Shown: positions 11,593 to 23,784 of the stretch, piece after piece
Position numbering within the stretch: position 1 is the stretch's first letter
Layout: each line of letters begins with the position of its first letter
NCBI GenBank assembly: GCA_026023565.1
Contig: JAPETS010000011.1
Coordinates: 620,001-684,000, forward strand
DNA from: Cirrosporium novae-zelandiae
Taxonomy: Eukaryota
Reading direction: 5' to 3'
DNA length: 64,000 bases
Made by a program: the position numbers and the translations under genes
The notes under the pieces: generated by a model
What the model saw: the letters and a program-made list of their open reading frames with translations, nothing else
What the model was told of the DNA's origin: nothing
Database searches by the model: none

Positions 11593-14500
11593 TCACTCTA
11601 TCCAATTAAGATTCCTCAAAATTGCTCCCGTCTCTGGCGACCCCAACCCGCTAACCCCCAGCGCTCTAACCTGCCTCCCCCTTCTCAACCGTTGCAGCCC
11701 AACGGCAACCTTCCACCCTTCCTCTTGAGGCAAAATAAAGACATACTTCTTGCCTTCTTGATCTCTGATGCTTGCTCGAAGCACATGCAAGCCTGCTAGC
11801 TCCCCGCTCTGCGAGGAGGAAATCGAGTTGGCATCATCATCGTCATCATCTCTGGAAAAATACGAGGCACCCGAAGCAACAGAACGTGCATGAGAGGGAC
11901 GAGAATTAAACGCATTTTTGCAGCACTGCTTGCACACGCCCGCCAGCTCGTCGACGAAAAGTTCCGATTGTTCTTGGCTGGGGAGGGCTTGTGCAGCGGC
12001 GGCGCGGTTGTGGCTTGCGCCGCTAAAGAATGTGGCACGGCGGCCAGGGCTTGAAACGGATGAAGAAGAACTTGAAAATGCGTTTTTGGAGCCAGTGCGC
12101 GCTCCCATTGTAGGACACCATACCTCTACCAACTTCATTGTCCATGCCTTGATATCCCATTCTCGCTCTTGGATTTTGCGTACGTCGTCGTCAATAAAGA
12201 GACCTTCAGATTCGATGCGTAGGACGAGGCCCTCGCTGACGCTACCTTGACCTGCTAATATCCGTGCGACCGGAGTTTTTACGCGAGCATCATTGAAGAG
12301 ATAAACTCCTTTAATAACAATCTTCTCGGGGTCTTTCGTGAAGTAGGGCCCTTCGTACCTCGGAGGTGGGCGGACCGTAGATTCCGAAGGTGCGTAGATA
12401 GACTCGGGATAAATTGATGTCGTCGCAGATGTTGAACTGCGGACAGTTCTGGCTCTAGGAATATCGTACGGTCGAAATGAATATTCTGATTCCTGGTCGG
12501 TAACACTTTCTGCTTGTGCGGACACAATACGTGACTTTTTTTGCGGTGATGGGGATCTCAACTTGGGATCAAACATCTTCTTGGGAGTGTTTGGTGTAGT
12601 TGGAGTGGTAGATGAAGATGCTCTCTTCTGACTTGCCTTTGCCGCTGCTTCCTCCCTGGCCTTCGCTTCTGCCCTAGCTTTATCTGCCTTGGCCTTGGCT
12701 TCCTCCCAGGCTTTGGCACTTGCTCTGGCCTTTGCTTCTGCGGCTTCTTTCTCTGCTCTGGCTTTTGCATCCGCCGCCTCCTTTTCTTCCCTTGCCCTGG
12801 CTTCTGCTGCCGCCTTTTCTTCCCTAGCCCTGGCTTCTGCAGCTTCTTTTTCTCTGGCCGCTTTTCGTTGTGCCTCTCTCTCTTCTCTTTCTTTTCTGGC
12901 CTTCTCGAGAGCTTCTCTCTCGCGGACCTCTTTCTCCCTCTGCGCCTTTTCTCGTTCTTCCCTTTCTTTTGCTTCCCTCTTTTCACGGGCCTTTTCCTCA
13001 ACCAGCTCGGCCCATTTTTGGCGAGCCTTTTCTTTTTCCTCTTCTTCTTTTCTTCGCAACTCTTCTTGCCTCGCTTCTTCAGCTTTTCGCAGCTCTTCCA
13101 GTCTTGCTTCTTCTGCCCTTTTTCGTTCTTCTTCAGCCTTTCTTCGCTCTTCTTCACGTCTCCTCGTCTCTTCTTTCGCTTTCTCCCAGGCGGCCTTTGC
13201 ATTGTCAGTGATAATAATATTCTTAGGCTGGGGGCTACTCGCTGCCGTCGATGGTTTAGGGCTTGCTGGGTTGGGGCTCGCGGGTTTAGGAGGTGGCCTC
13301 TGCCATGTAGATTTGGGAGCTGGCCGAGTGTTAGCCTCAGGTGTTGCTGGCGTAGGAGCGGGTTGTGCACTTGATGAAGGCTCAGCAAAAGCTCCAGTAG
13401 CTGAAGTTGCTCCTGCTGGAGTACTTTCTGATGCTGGTGGCTCTGTTTTTGGCAGGGGGGGTGCTGTTGAGTTAGCAGAAGGACCTTCAGCAGACGCTGA
13501 AGCAGACGTTGACGCAGACGGTAATGAAGTGCTAGGAGTGACATTTGCTTGAGGGATTGCTGGGGCTAGGGCTGGGGCAGAAGGGGTTGCAACAGGAGTA
13601 GGTTTAGACGCTGAAACTGAAGCAGGTGCTGGTGGAGGTGAAAAAGCAGATAGTCCTGGTTGAGGACCTGTATTAACACTAGTAGAAGGCCCTGGTGGGC
13701 TTGAAGCAGGAGTAGAAGCATTTGGCGCTTGTTTTGGAACCGAACCTGAATTTGCATGTTCATTTCCGGCATTTGTGCCTGTTTGGTTTGTATCATGAGG
13801 ATTCGCAGGTGAAACCTTTAGACCAACGCTCAATGACGGAGGACGAATAAAAGCCTCTGCAGCAATTTTTGTATATGAGTATGGTGTGGAACGCGAAGGA
13901 GATTTTACTTCAGCTGGAGTAAAAGACTCAGGCTTCGCCGCAATAGCAGGCGCCGAACTCGACGATGCGCTAGACTCAAGAGCAGCAGCTTTGGGGACCT
14001 TTGGAGTTTTTGGAGTCTTTGAAGGACTCTTGGAACCCTTGGTACCAGCACGACGCTTATGATGAGTTTTCTGCTTTGGCGCAGGTTGTGGAGACTCAGA
14101 AGCAAGTTCCACCTTGTCCGACGGGGCTTCAAACTTGGGAGTTGATGGGGGAGGAGCAGTATGCGAAGGCTCAACCTTTGGAGGAGGAGCATTTGAAGGC
14201 TCGACCTTTGGAGGAGGAGCACTTGAAGGCTCAGCCTTTGGAGTAGATGGACGAGCAGTATTCGGAGGCTCGAATTTTGGAGGAGCAGCATACGATGGCT
14301 CGAACTTTGGAGGCGGTGGTGAAGCAAACGTGGGCTCAAATTTTGGTGGAGGTGAAGTATATGAAGATTCGAACTTTGGAGGTGGTGGGGAAGTATGCGA
14401 CTCAAAATCAGGAGGGGGCGCAGAAGCATTCGGTTCAAAATTAGGAGGAGGCGGGGGTGCACGCGACTCAAAATCAGGAGGCGGTGGAGGAGGTGGTGGA

Positions 14501-15267
14501 GGGAATGGACGAGATTCAAACTTCGGAGAAGGTGGAGGAGACGGGGGGCGTGGAGGGGGAGCCGAATGAGCATGCGCAGAACTAGAAGATGGTCCTCCAC
14601 TCCCGTAGCCCCCTCCGGGTGGAGGTGGTCTTGGAGGTGCATCGGTGAAGTCGGCAGCAGATGGGCCTCCTGGATTGTATGAACCTGAATATGACGCTCC
14701 TCCAGGCGGAGCACCTGGATGCGTCCGATTTCGAGCTCCACCTGGAGGTGGTCCTGCTGAAAATCCACCAGTAGGTCCAGCTCTCGCTCCGGGATGACCA
14801 CCCGTACCTGTCGGCCCTCCAGCTGTAAACCCATGTGGACCTTTGGGAGTACCACCAGCTGGTCCATTATTTCCGCCATTTGGTCCATGGCTATCTGTTT
14901 GTATTTTACCCATGGCCCATCCCATAACTCCTACGCCAACCACAATAACAATGTATACCAGGCCACCGGTTGGCATTCTGCGAACAGTCTCTTTCACAAA
15001 GGGCCCTATGATAGACCATATTGCGACAACTGTAAGTGTACAGGCGACACCGGCGAGAAAACTATTGCGTTGAGTATTCATTGAAGGCAGGTAAAGAAAA
15101 CCTCCTCCACTAGAATGTGGTGGGATGATGAAGATATCATAATTGCCTGGAGGTAGTCCTCCCGGCCCTGAACCCGGACTAGGTTCTCGGGGAGGGATTG
15201 GACCGCCATCTTCATCCTTGGGGTTCTCCCCATGAGGTGGTGGGGGAGGCGGCGGAGGGTCATCCAT
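11593..15267 (-). CDS. Hypothetical 1224-aa membrane-anchored protein with Pro-rich repeats, an E/K/R/A coiled coil and a C-terminal globular domain
   Basis: Single long ORF. Two hydrophobic segments near the N-terminus (FLAGVACTLTVVAIWSIIG; GLVYIVIVVGVGVMGWAM), Gly/Pro low-complexity region, ~200-aa charged helix, and complex C-terminal sequence (KIVIKGVYLF...GLVLRIESEGLFIDDD...EWDIKAWTMKLVEVW). Confidence 0.9.
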   Translation of the reverse strand: MDDPPPPPPPPHGENPKDEDGGPIPPREPSPGSGPGGLPPGNYDIFIIPPHSSGGGFLYLPSMNTQRNSFLAGVACTLTVVAIWSIIGPFVKETVRRMPTGGLVYIVIVVGVGVMGWAMGKIQTDSHGPNGGNNGPAGGTPKGPHGFTAGGPTGTGGHPGARAGPTGGFSAGPPPGGARNRTHPGAPPGGASYSGSYNPGGPSAADFTDAPPRPPPPGGGYGSGGPSSSSAHAHSAPPPRPPSPPPSPKFESRPFPPPPPPPPPDFESRAPPPPPNFEPNASAPPPDFESHTSPPPPKFESSYTSPPPKFEPTFASPPPPKFEPSYAAPPKFEPPNTARPSTPKAEPSSAPPPKVEPSNAPPPKVEPSHTAPPPSTPKFEAPSDKVELASESPQPAPKQKTHHKRRAGTKGSKSPSKTPKTPKVPKAAALESSASSSSAPAIAAKPESFTPAEVKSPSRSTPYSYTKIAAEAFIRPPSLSVGLKVSPANPHDTNQTGTNAGNEHANSGSVPKQAPNASTPASSPPGPSTSVNTGPQPGLSAFSPPPAPASVSASKPTPVATPSAPALAPAIPQANVTPSTSLPSASTSASASAEGPSANSTAPPLPKTEPPASESTPAGATSATGAFAEPSSSAQPAPTPATPEANTRPAPKSTWQRPPPKPASPNPASPKPSTAASSPQPKNIIITDNAKAAWEKAKEETRRREEERRKAEEERKRAEEARLEELRKAEEARQEELRRKEEEEKEKARQKWAELVEEKAREKREAKEREEREKAQREKEVREREALEKARKEREEREAQRKAAREKEAAEARAREEKAAAEARAREEKEAADAKARAEKEAAEAKARASAKAWEEAKAKADKARAEAKAREEAAAKASQKRASSSTTPTTPNTPKKMFDPKLRSPSPQKKSRIVSAQAESVTDQESEYSFRPYDIPRARTVRSSTSATTSIYPESIYAPSESTVRPPPRYEGPYFTKDPEKIVIKGVYLFNDARVKTPVARILAGQGSVSEGLVLRIESEGLFIDDDVRKIQEREWDIKAWTMKLVEVWCPTMGARTGSKNAFSSSSSSVSSPGRRATFFSGASHNRAAAAQALPSQEQSELFVDELAGVCKQCCKNAFNSRPSHARSVASGASYFSRDDDDDDANSISSSQSGELAGLHVLRASIRDQEGKKYVFILPQEEGWKVAVGLQRLRRGRQVRALGVSGLGSPETGAILRNLNWIE

Positions 15268-17201
15268 CTTTGATGTTCTTCAGAGTTCAAAGCTCGGGCC
15301 TTGTTGGTTATTTTTTCCAGAATTGACTGCAACTGAGACAAGTTGAGGGAAAGAATAAATTAGCAAAGTCGTCTGTAGAGGAGATGGGTAGATATCAATC
15401 GGTGCTTCATGGTAGAAGCTTTCGACTTATCACAGGTGGCGAGAAGTAAATATTAAAGGAGATATTGGAGGTTCGGTGGGGGGGGGCGGCGCTCGTTGTT
15501 TGAGAAAAGACTTGTTCTGGAAGGTCCTGCGGGTGACATGAGCGGTGAGCTTTTGACATTTCTGCGACGATGATTTGATTACGATCATACACTCAAACAA
15601 ATCAATTGGATCAAAGTTGGAGGGAGATTTTTTGGAAATTTCTGTTAAGTAAAGGCATTGAGGGTTAGTTGATGAGAATGATTTCATCCCATGTGAGGGA
15701 GAGAAGTAGTGGAGGTCGGATGGTTGTACCGATGGAATCCCACATCAAAGCAACCGATCCTTGTCCTACTTGTTCTTTCTTTTTCTCTCTCTCTTCTTCT
15801 TCTTCCTCCACGATTAATTGTTGACTATATAAAGCATCACCCAAATCCAAGATAATAGAATGGATCAGGGATAGAAATTTGTCGTCAGAGTTATAAGGGT
15901 ATTTCGGATGGTGAAGGATGGGGGACGCAGAGCTTCTTTTTTTTTTCGCACAAAGACTGTTTTGTTGACTAGTCCTTGTAGAAACGGAAAGCTTCTTCTT
16001 TAGAGGGAAAATTCATCAACACACGCACACACGCACACACGACACACACGACACAGGGAACCACAAGGCACCACAGGTACCATAGCAGAGTTAAGTTAGT
16101 TACCAACTGGATATTCCTTGGGAGAACCAGCAGAGAGAGAAAGAGGGGAATTTCTACTCTTATTTTCAAACTTTACACGTTGCCTGTTTGTTGACGCTAC
16201 AGAAGACTAAGGGAGGCAGTTCAAGTGATAATGAACCAATGTTGGAATGGGATTTCATTCATTGTTTCCCATAGGTTATAGGGTCGAGGATCACTTTCTC
16301 CAAGAGTGGAAATGCATTAGGCGCTGACGAATCACCCAGGTAGAAATTGATTCCTTTACAGGATTGGCGGGTGATGAGAAGTTTCGGTGACAATTATCGC
16401 CTACCTAATTTCTAATTAATCAATGTTCACAGAGCCAAGGGAATCCTAGAAGGAGTGAAAAGTAAAAGAAAAAAGTAACATATAATTTACACAATGGGAG
16501 ATATATCTATCTAGGTCTCCCATATTGTATTTTTCTTTGTTTGGATGAGGGGGAATTTGTTGTTTACACGGGTCGGCTCGTGCATTAACTCCCTTCCTAC
16601 GTAACTACACGTTTCGGTTGGCCGGGGGGCAGGAGGGACGAGGTTTTGTTGAGAACACCTTTGGCACCAACGGAAGTTTGCATCACTTTGCATCGCTTTG
16701 CATCACTTTGGTAAGCCTTAGACGCTGCACTAGAGCCTGAAGGTGTGCATTAGACTTGCTTTAGGTGTGCATTAGGGTTATCTTGTCCCCTTTAGGCTTG
16801 CATTAATCCTCCATTAACCCTTGTCATCTAACGGCATTGGGTTACTCCGCACCTTGAAGAATCCACTTCATTTTATCCAACCATCTGGAACCCGATATCG
16901 CTCATCTTTTACTCCACCCTGCCCTTGATCCTGGGCCCGATTATACCTCGAGGCCTTTATCACTGTTGTTTTAGAGTAGTTACACATCAAACCGTCAGCC
17001 GAACACCCTATCATTATTCACATCCTAGCATTTGATGAAATCGCTCTCTTTCATGGCCTAGGTAGTAATAGTTACGTACAATTGTGTCCCTCCTTCTATC
17101 CAAGTCATGGGACGAAAACACCTAACCCTCAACCTCTGCACAGATCTCCGTATCCCTCGAGGATGATCTGATAACTCTCCACTCCACCGTTTACGCGGAA
17201 A

Positions 17202-19372
17202 ATGCCGGAAGCTGTACGTCACTCTAACGAACTAGAAATGGACGATAGGAAGCCCACGGACTCCAAACCCTCAGAGGAACGGCCTCTTACCTCTGATGGA
17301 GGGGATAACTCTTCCATCCTCCAGGGCGAAATGACAGATCAATCAACTGAACCGACCTTAATTTCGCAACGTCGTTTGAACAGCTCTCGCGACCCCCGCC
17401 TCGAACGAAGAATCGTTCGGAAATTCGACCTCTTCCTCCTCCCGTTTCTCTGCATCCTATTCCTCCTCAATTCGCTCGATCGGTCGAATATTGGAAATGC
17501 CGAGACAGCAAACTTCACGAGGGATGCGGGACTGCAGCCAGAAGACCTGAATACGGCCGTGGCATGCTTCTTCACATTCTTCGTCTTGCTGCAGCCCGTG
17601 GGCGCTGCGGCTGGAAGAAAGGTCGGGATGGCGAGATGGGTGCCGTCTGTTATGGCAATTTGGGGTCTATGCACTGCGCTACATGTCTGGATTAATAAAC
17701 GATGGCAACTAATAAGCGTCAGAATACTGATCGGGATTCTTGAAGGTGGGTTGGATCCTTTTTTTATAGTCTTTTTCTCTTGAGTCTACAGTGCAACAGT
17801 TTTAGAAGAATCAAGTTTTGCATCCATCGCCCTCAAGCACGTCTGAAGAAAATGTGAAGAAAAGAAGAAGAACAAGAAAAAGAAAAAAAAAATCCCAGTA
17901 AACCAGTCACTAAAACACTTGTCCAACCTATGCCTCCCAACAAGAAAACAGCAGGCTAATCCCATCTCACAGCTGGCTTCTACCCGACAACAGTATCCTA
18001 CCTGTCCCTGTTCTACACCCGCTACGAATTCGCACGGCGCCTAGGATTTTTCTACGGCCAATATGCCATCGCCGGCGCCGTGGGCGGAATCCTCTCATTC
18101 ATCGTATTTTCCTATTTCCCCCCCTCATCCTCCCCAGACACCCAACCCCCCTCCAACGCAAACCCACTTCTCTCTCGAGCCGAAGGCGATTCCAACATCA
18201 ACGGCGACGGCTGGAAAAGTTGGCAAGTGCTATTTCTACTCGAGGGCGGCCTCACGATCCTGATAGCGCTGGTGGGATTCCTGTGGCTACCGCACAGCGC
18301 GGGGGACGCATGGTTCCTAAACCGCGAGGAGAAAGAATACGCGGAATGGCGTATCCAGGAGGATAGAACCGCACAAGATATCGACACGACCACCTTCTCC
18401 GACGAAGAATCCTTAGGAGAAGAAGAAGAAGAAGGAGAAGAAGCCTCATCAGAAACCTCGCCTCTCTATCAAACCGACGACACCTCAAGCTCCCAGCTCT
18501 CACCACTGCTTCTAACGCCCAGCTCAACAACCACCCAAACCTCAACCCAATCCCCACCACCACCACCACCACCACCACAAACCGACCACGGCCTCCCGGT
18601 CTCCTCAATAATCTCAGCACTCCTCTCCCCGCACATCTACCCGCTACTAGCACTAAACATCCTCTCCTCGATCCCGAGCACAGCCTTCAGCATCTTCCTG
18701 CCGCTAATCCTCACCGACCTAACGCCCAACTCCCCGTACCTCTCGAACCTCCTAACAGCGCCACCCTTCCTCGTGGGCTTCATAACCCTCCTCCTATTCA
18801 CGCACTACTCCGACACATTCCACAAACGCCTAACCCCCCTCCTCCTCTCCCTAACTTTGCTCCTAACCGGCCTTTTACTAACCCTCCTGCCCCTCCCCCC
18901 CCTCCTACACTACCTCTCCCTCCACCTCCTCCTCGCAGGGACCTTCATCCCCTCCCCGCTAACAATCGCCTGGCTAACCGACAACACGCCCTCCCCCTCC
19001 AAACGGGCCCTCCTCCTCGGCATCAACGGCTGGGGAAACCTCGCAGGGGTATTCTCAGCACTCATCTTTACACCCGATGCCGCCCCACGGTATACGAGAC
19101 CACTGTGGCTGACAGTGGGGGTCACGGGGGTGGCGTTGGTGGGGTTTGGGGGATTTAGAAAGGGGGTTAGGTGGGAGAATCGGTGGAGGGAAAGGGTTTT
19201 GAGGGGGTGGGGGAGGGAGGGGAGGGAGAAGGAGAGGAGGGAGGGGAGGGGACCAAGAGCGGAGGGAAGGGTTAGAGCTCTTGTCAGAGGGTTGGTGGAG
19301 AGGTGGGGTGGGGAGAATGTTTCCGACGCGAGGGAGGGCGATGAGAGACTTACGTTTGTATATGGGCTGTAG
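17202..19372 (+). CDS. MFS transporter, allantoate-permease/anion:cation symporter family
   Basis: Exons 17202-17745 and 17973-19372. Motifs RIVRKFDLFLLPFLCILFLLNSLDRSNIGNA, RILIGILEAGFYP, YLSLFYTRYEFARRLGFFY, WKSWQVLFLLEG, AWFLNREEK. Confidence 0.92.
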
Positions 19373-20530
19373 TCATCTGTCTGTTTTTTTTATCAGTTCA
19401 GTTTTTATCTCTAGACCCGGGGTGGTGTGCTCTTTTTTCTCTTACTCTCGCATTATAAATCGGCCGGCCGGTAGCAGAGGGACCTTTTCACTTTTTTGCC
19501 TTTTAACATTTTTCCTTTCATCATCATCATCATCATCATCACCATTACTATTATTTTTAAACCAAATCAACCCAATTAATATTTTACTTTTTTTCCTTTA
19601 CTTCTTTTTTTTATATCTACATATACGTATACATTATCCTTTTATTCATACAAACCAAACCAAGCGAAAAGGAAGGAGAAAAAAAAAAGGGGAGGATTGA
19701 AATATTTTGTTTTAATGAACCAAAAACCAAAAACTGAAAACCGAAAACTGAAAAATCAGGTTTATATGGTGCTGGTTGGTTAGTCAAGGGTACCAAGGTA
19801 TATATATGTCTCTATATCTAGAACCAGGATTAGTAGCGATGGTGTTTGCTCCTTTTTCCCTCCCCTAACTTTCTAAACCACCTAGTGGTGAAAGACCTTT
19901 TTTCTATTTCCCATTTCCCACAGATTTCTTTAATTCTTCATTATTATAATTTATCGATTTACAGTTCTTTACCCTACCTAACCTCCCTACCAAACCAACT
20001 ACTCGATTAGATTTAGGACTGCTGCTAGAGGTACATTTTTTTTTATAATTAAGCCGAGGGGATCCTAACCTTGGATTTTTTGCTAGATTAACGAATTATC
20101 TAGGTAATCGGTCTTTGTTATAATGGGTTATTGGAGGTTTGGTAGGTTGTTATAATATTATTTTTCTTATGTTTAAAAACAAACTACAAATCACATCAGC
20201 CAGCTAGCCACCTTTTTCCTCACTCTATATTCCATCATCCCTACAGAGCCCCCCTCCACCTATTAAAAAAAAAGAACAAAAAAAGAAGCACAATAGAACA
20301 GAACAGAACAGAACAAGAAATGATTTTATGCATAGAGGATTCTGAAAACAACTCGAATACGGGGAGGGGAGGGTTTTTCTATAGTATATAGTACATAGCT
20401 TATAGGAGAAATTGTGTTGTTGCCGTTGTCGTTGTCGTTGTCGTTGTCGTCGTATTGAGTGTATGTCCATGTCTATGTATGTATCGCTTTGAGACATTGG
20501 TTCTGGCGTTAGGGTTGGTGTTGGGGGACT

Positions 20531-20532
<2 letters not shown>

Positions 20533-20579
<47 letters not shown>
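20533..20579 (+). repeat. Poly-G tract of about 47 nt
   Basis: Read directly. Confidence 0.9.
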
Positions 20580-20581
<2 letters not shown>

Positions 20582-21850
20582 GGAGGGGTGATAATCTACC
20601 TAGGTACCTAGGTAGATAGATAGTATGATTAGATTATGTCCATCCATACCATCATCCCCTCAACCCCTATCCCCCCGATCGAAATCACACAACCACAACC
20701 ATCACAACCATCACAACTATTAAAACAAGCATATTCCATTTATTTCTTTGTTTATTTATTCAAAGATCGTTGCTCCCTCCATGTACATATGCATGTACTT
20801 CTATACCTCTATACCAAGAATCCAAAAAGCCCAAGTTTTAGTCTTGGTTTTATATGAAATAAAGAAACAGAGACAGAGACAGAAAGGAAAAAAAATTAAC
20901 AAAGAGGTATACTCCAAGTGGGGGGGGGTTATGATGATAATTCCAGTTAGGTAGTTAGATAGTTAGTAAACAGGTATCTGATAGTTCTATTTTCTATTTT
21001 CTATTTTTCTATTCTTTAGATAGACTAAAGGGCTAGGTATTTATTTGTATATTACTCTGTACATGTGCTGTACTTTACTTCGCTTAGGGCATATATCTAA
21101 ATGAGTTTCTTGGCAAGAAATTTTTAGAGATGTGTGCCGTACTCTGTACCCCTTATAGAGTTTTTATTTGTAATTTGGAGGCTATGGATAGATGGGTTAG
21201 GGGTGGAGTGAATGGGGGAGAGGAAGACGTGATTAATTAGTGTCTCTGTTGCTCTACTCCTTCTAGAGATTTCCCCTCCTCTCCACTATCCACTATCCAC
21301 AATCTATCCCAACGATCTATCTCCGCATTCATCCACAGCACCTAAAACCCCTAAAACCCCCAAATTCTTTTTTTGTTTTTTAAAGAAAAAATTGCATTTT
21401 TAAACCACCTTAAAGTTAAACTAATTCTTTCTCAATTCCTCAAGCCAGGCTAGCTAGCTAGTGAGGGATTAAAAAGGAGAGGGGGGTAGGATATCTCTTC
21501 CTCCATTATGTGGTGCTTGGGTGTTTGGTAGCTTGTCGTGAAGAAGGAGGGGGGGGGTATTATTTGTCTATCTGTGGTTTGTGCATGTGCATTCAAAGGA
21601 AAAGGGGAAAGGGGGATGAGGGGATTGTTGTTTAAGGGGATCTTGAAATCATGACGTGTTGGATCAGAGGAAAGGTTTATTGCACTGAAAGAACTATTTT
21701 CGATTAGCTGGTATTTCTTTGGTTATGGACTGGACAGAAAACTTACCAGAAATGTGGGGAGTAGCCTTTCTCCAACAGTTGGTAGCACCCAACAGCAAAA
21801 AGTAGAACAGGTTGCTATCGACAATACACTCTATAGAGAAAACAGTGGAT

Positions 21851-23784
21851 TCATGTCTCTCTATAGCCCCAGGCTGAAGATTTAGTCCCTGCGCAAGCAT
21901 AGCGGATGCTAGTCTTTCCAAACTCCTTCCCGCTGTGGAAAGCTTTGAACAAGAGAGCGCCTGTCTTGTCGCCAATAGTAACTTGAACTTCATAACAGAA
22001 CTCCCAAACTTTACAGCTGTTTTTGTCGACAGTGGATTCAAGATTAGCCAGGTTTACTTCTCTGAAATCAACATCTAGCTTTCCTACAACTTCAACACGT
22101 TCATCTGAGAAATAGTCGGGTGCTTCTTCCGAATTACAGGAAACAAGAGTAGCTGAAAAATGTTTATCGTCTTGTTGGTAATGATCCCTAGAAATATGTA
22201 TCGTATTGATAGTGTCTCGAGTCAAGATATCGCCCTAGGAGATATAAGAATATAAGCCGTTTCGAGATCATAATTTATGTGCGAAACAGAGAGACATACC
22301 TTCGGAAATTTCCAACTCACGCGATTCCGGGCATATTTACAGGGATAAAATAGGGAAACGTAACTAAGATTAGGGTCATCAATCCCTTCGCGGAAGCGCA
22401 TGCTCATCGCTATTCCATAGTGCCGACGGCATCTCCATTTAGTAACTAATGATCCCTCAAGGCCATTGAGGGCTGCTCCTCTAGAAACCGCAGACCAGGG
22501 ATGATCAGGGGTCATGAATCTAAGTCCCCCATTTTGATTGCACCATGCTTTCATTCGTTTCCAGAGATAAGGGGAACTTCCAAGTCCACCAACCAAGATA
22601 ATGGTTTTAATACTTGTAGAACCTTCTTTTGATGTTGCGGTAACCTGCTGTGAGACAAGGTCTTGGATTTTATCAATGATAGGATCAAAACAAGACTGGA
22701 CATCTTGATAAGAGAGTTGTATTTCGCCTTCTTCAGGGTCATAACCTCGGCTATTAAAAAAGCCTCTCGTGAAGTTCTTCATTATCAATCGTAAGGGAAG
22801 AATCGTAGTCGAGCTGTCACCATCAAAGCTTTTCTTGACGGACTCAAAGTCGATCATAACCCTGCTTCCGGGCCCGGTTTTAGACATTGGCAAGTTCGTG
22901 AAAGCTGGTCCGTAGCGCTTAGCCAATAAATCACGGAGATTGCGATCAATGTATGTGGCACCGCATTTCCCTCCGATGCCAACACATGCTTCTTCCAATT
23001 GTAAGGAAGGATCCAGAGCAACTACCACATAGCTTGTGAGGTCAACGGTGCCTCCACCACAGTCACAAACTAGCACACTAGATCCCAGGTCAAGAACATT
23101 TGCTAGGTTAGAAGCAATGGATTTTAGGGCAGCATATGCAGCTGCCTCTGGTTCCTTGATCTGAAACACTTCATCACGGTCACGACTTCCAAAACCGGCT
23201 TTTTTGGCTGCTTCGAGGGTAGCGTCCTGGGCTTTTTCCGACCACATTGCTGGGACAGTACACCAGAACTCAATGGGCGTCATGTCAAGAAGGGGATTGA
23301 CTTCCCTAAGGCATTTCATAAGATGATTATACACGCCGGAAAGATAATCAGCAACAACATCAACTGCAGACTTGTTCGGGGGCAGTCCCAGCATACCACT
23401 CCCAATGCTGGTCTTGAGTGCTGGGTCGTCATAGTCTGTCGCCAAGGCATTCTCATCAAGTAGAAGCTTCATCCAAGTGTAATTGCGGTTACCCGGCTTG
23501 ATCTGGTATCCCCATTGTATATGCTGACGTTGGCTAGGATTGTCAAAGTCATAGGAAACTGCAGATGGCACTTTCTCCAGGTATTCGCTGCTTTTACCAG
23601 TGACACCACCTGGCCAATTTGTAATTACACGAACAAGGGCGTCAGTTGGGTTTTGCGAATTTATATACGCAATTCCTATATACTCATAAGTAAATCAGAG
23701 AAGAAGTGTAGAGTACTTTTACTCACCCGTGTAAGTTGTGCCGAAGTCCAGGCCAACGATGAGTTTGTGTCGATGTTGGACCAT
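21851..23784 (-). CDS. Atypical Hsp70-family (HSPA12-like) actin-fold ATPase
   Basis: ATG at 23784 begins MVQHRHKLIVGLDFGTTYTG (phosphate-1). Intron ~23726-23677, then IAYINS...ITNWPG...EKVPS, IKEPEAAA, VLVCDCGGGTVDL (phosphate-2), GGKCGATYIDRNL, ILVGGLGSSPYL, AVSRGAA. Intron ~22299-22236, then a beta-rich C-terminus with no EEVD. Likely 5'UTR intron ~23922-23803. Confidence 0.92.

Noticed and set aside
12558..14888. Long overlapping alternative-frame and antisense ORFs (287-328 aa)
   Set aside because: Shadows of the repetitive, low-complexity 1224-aa coding sequence.
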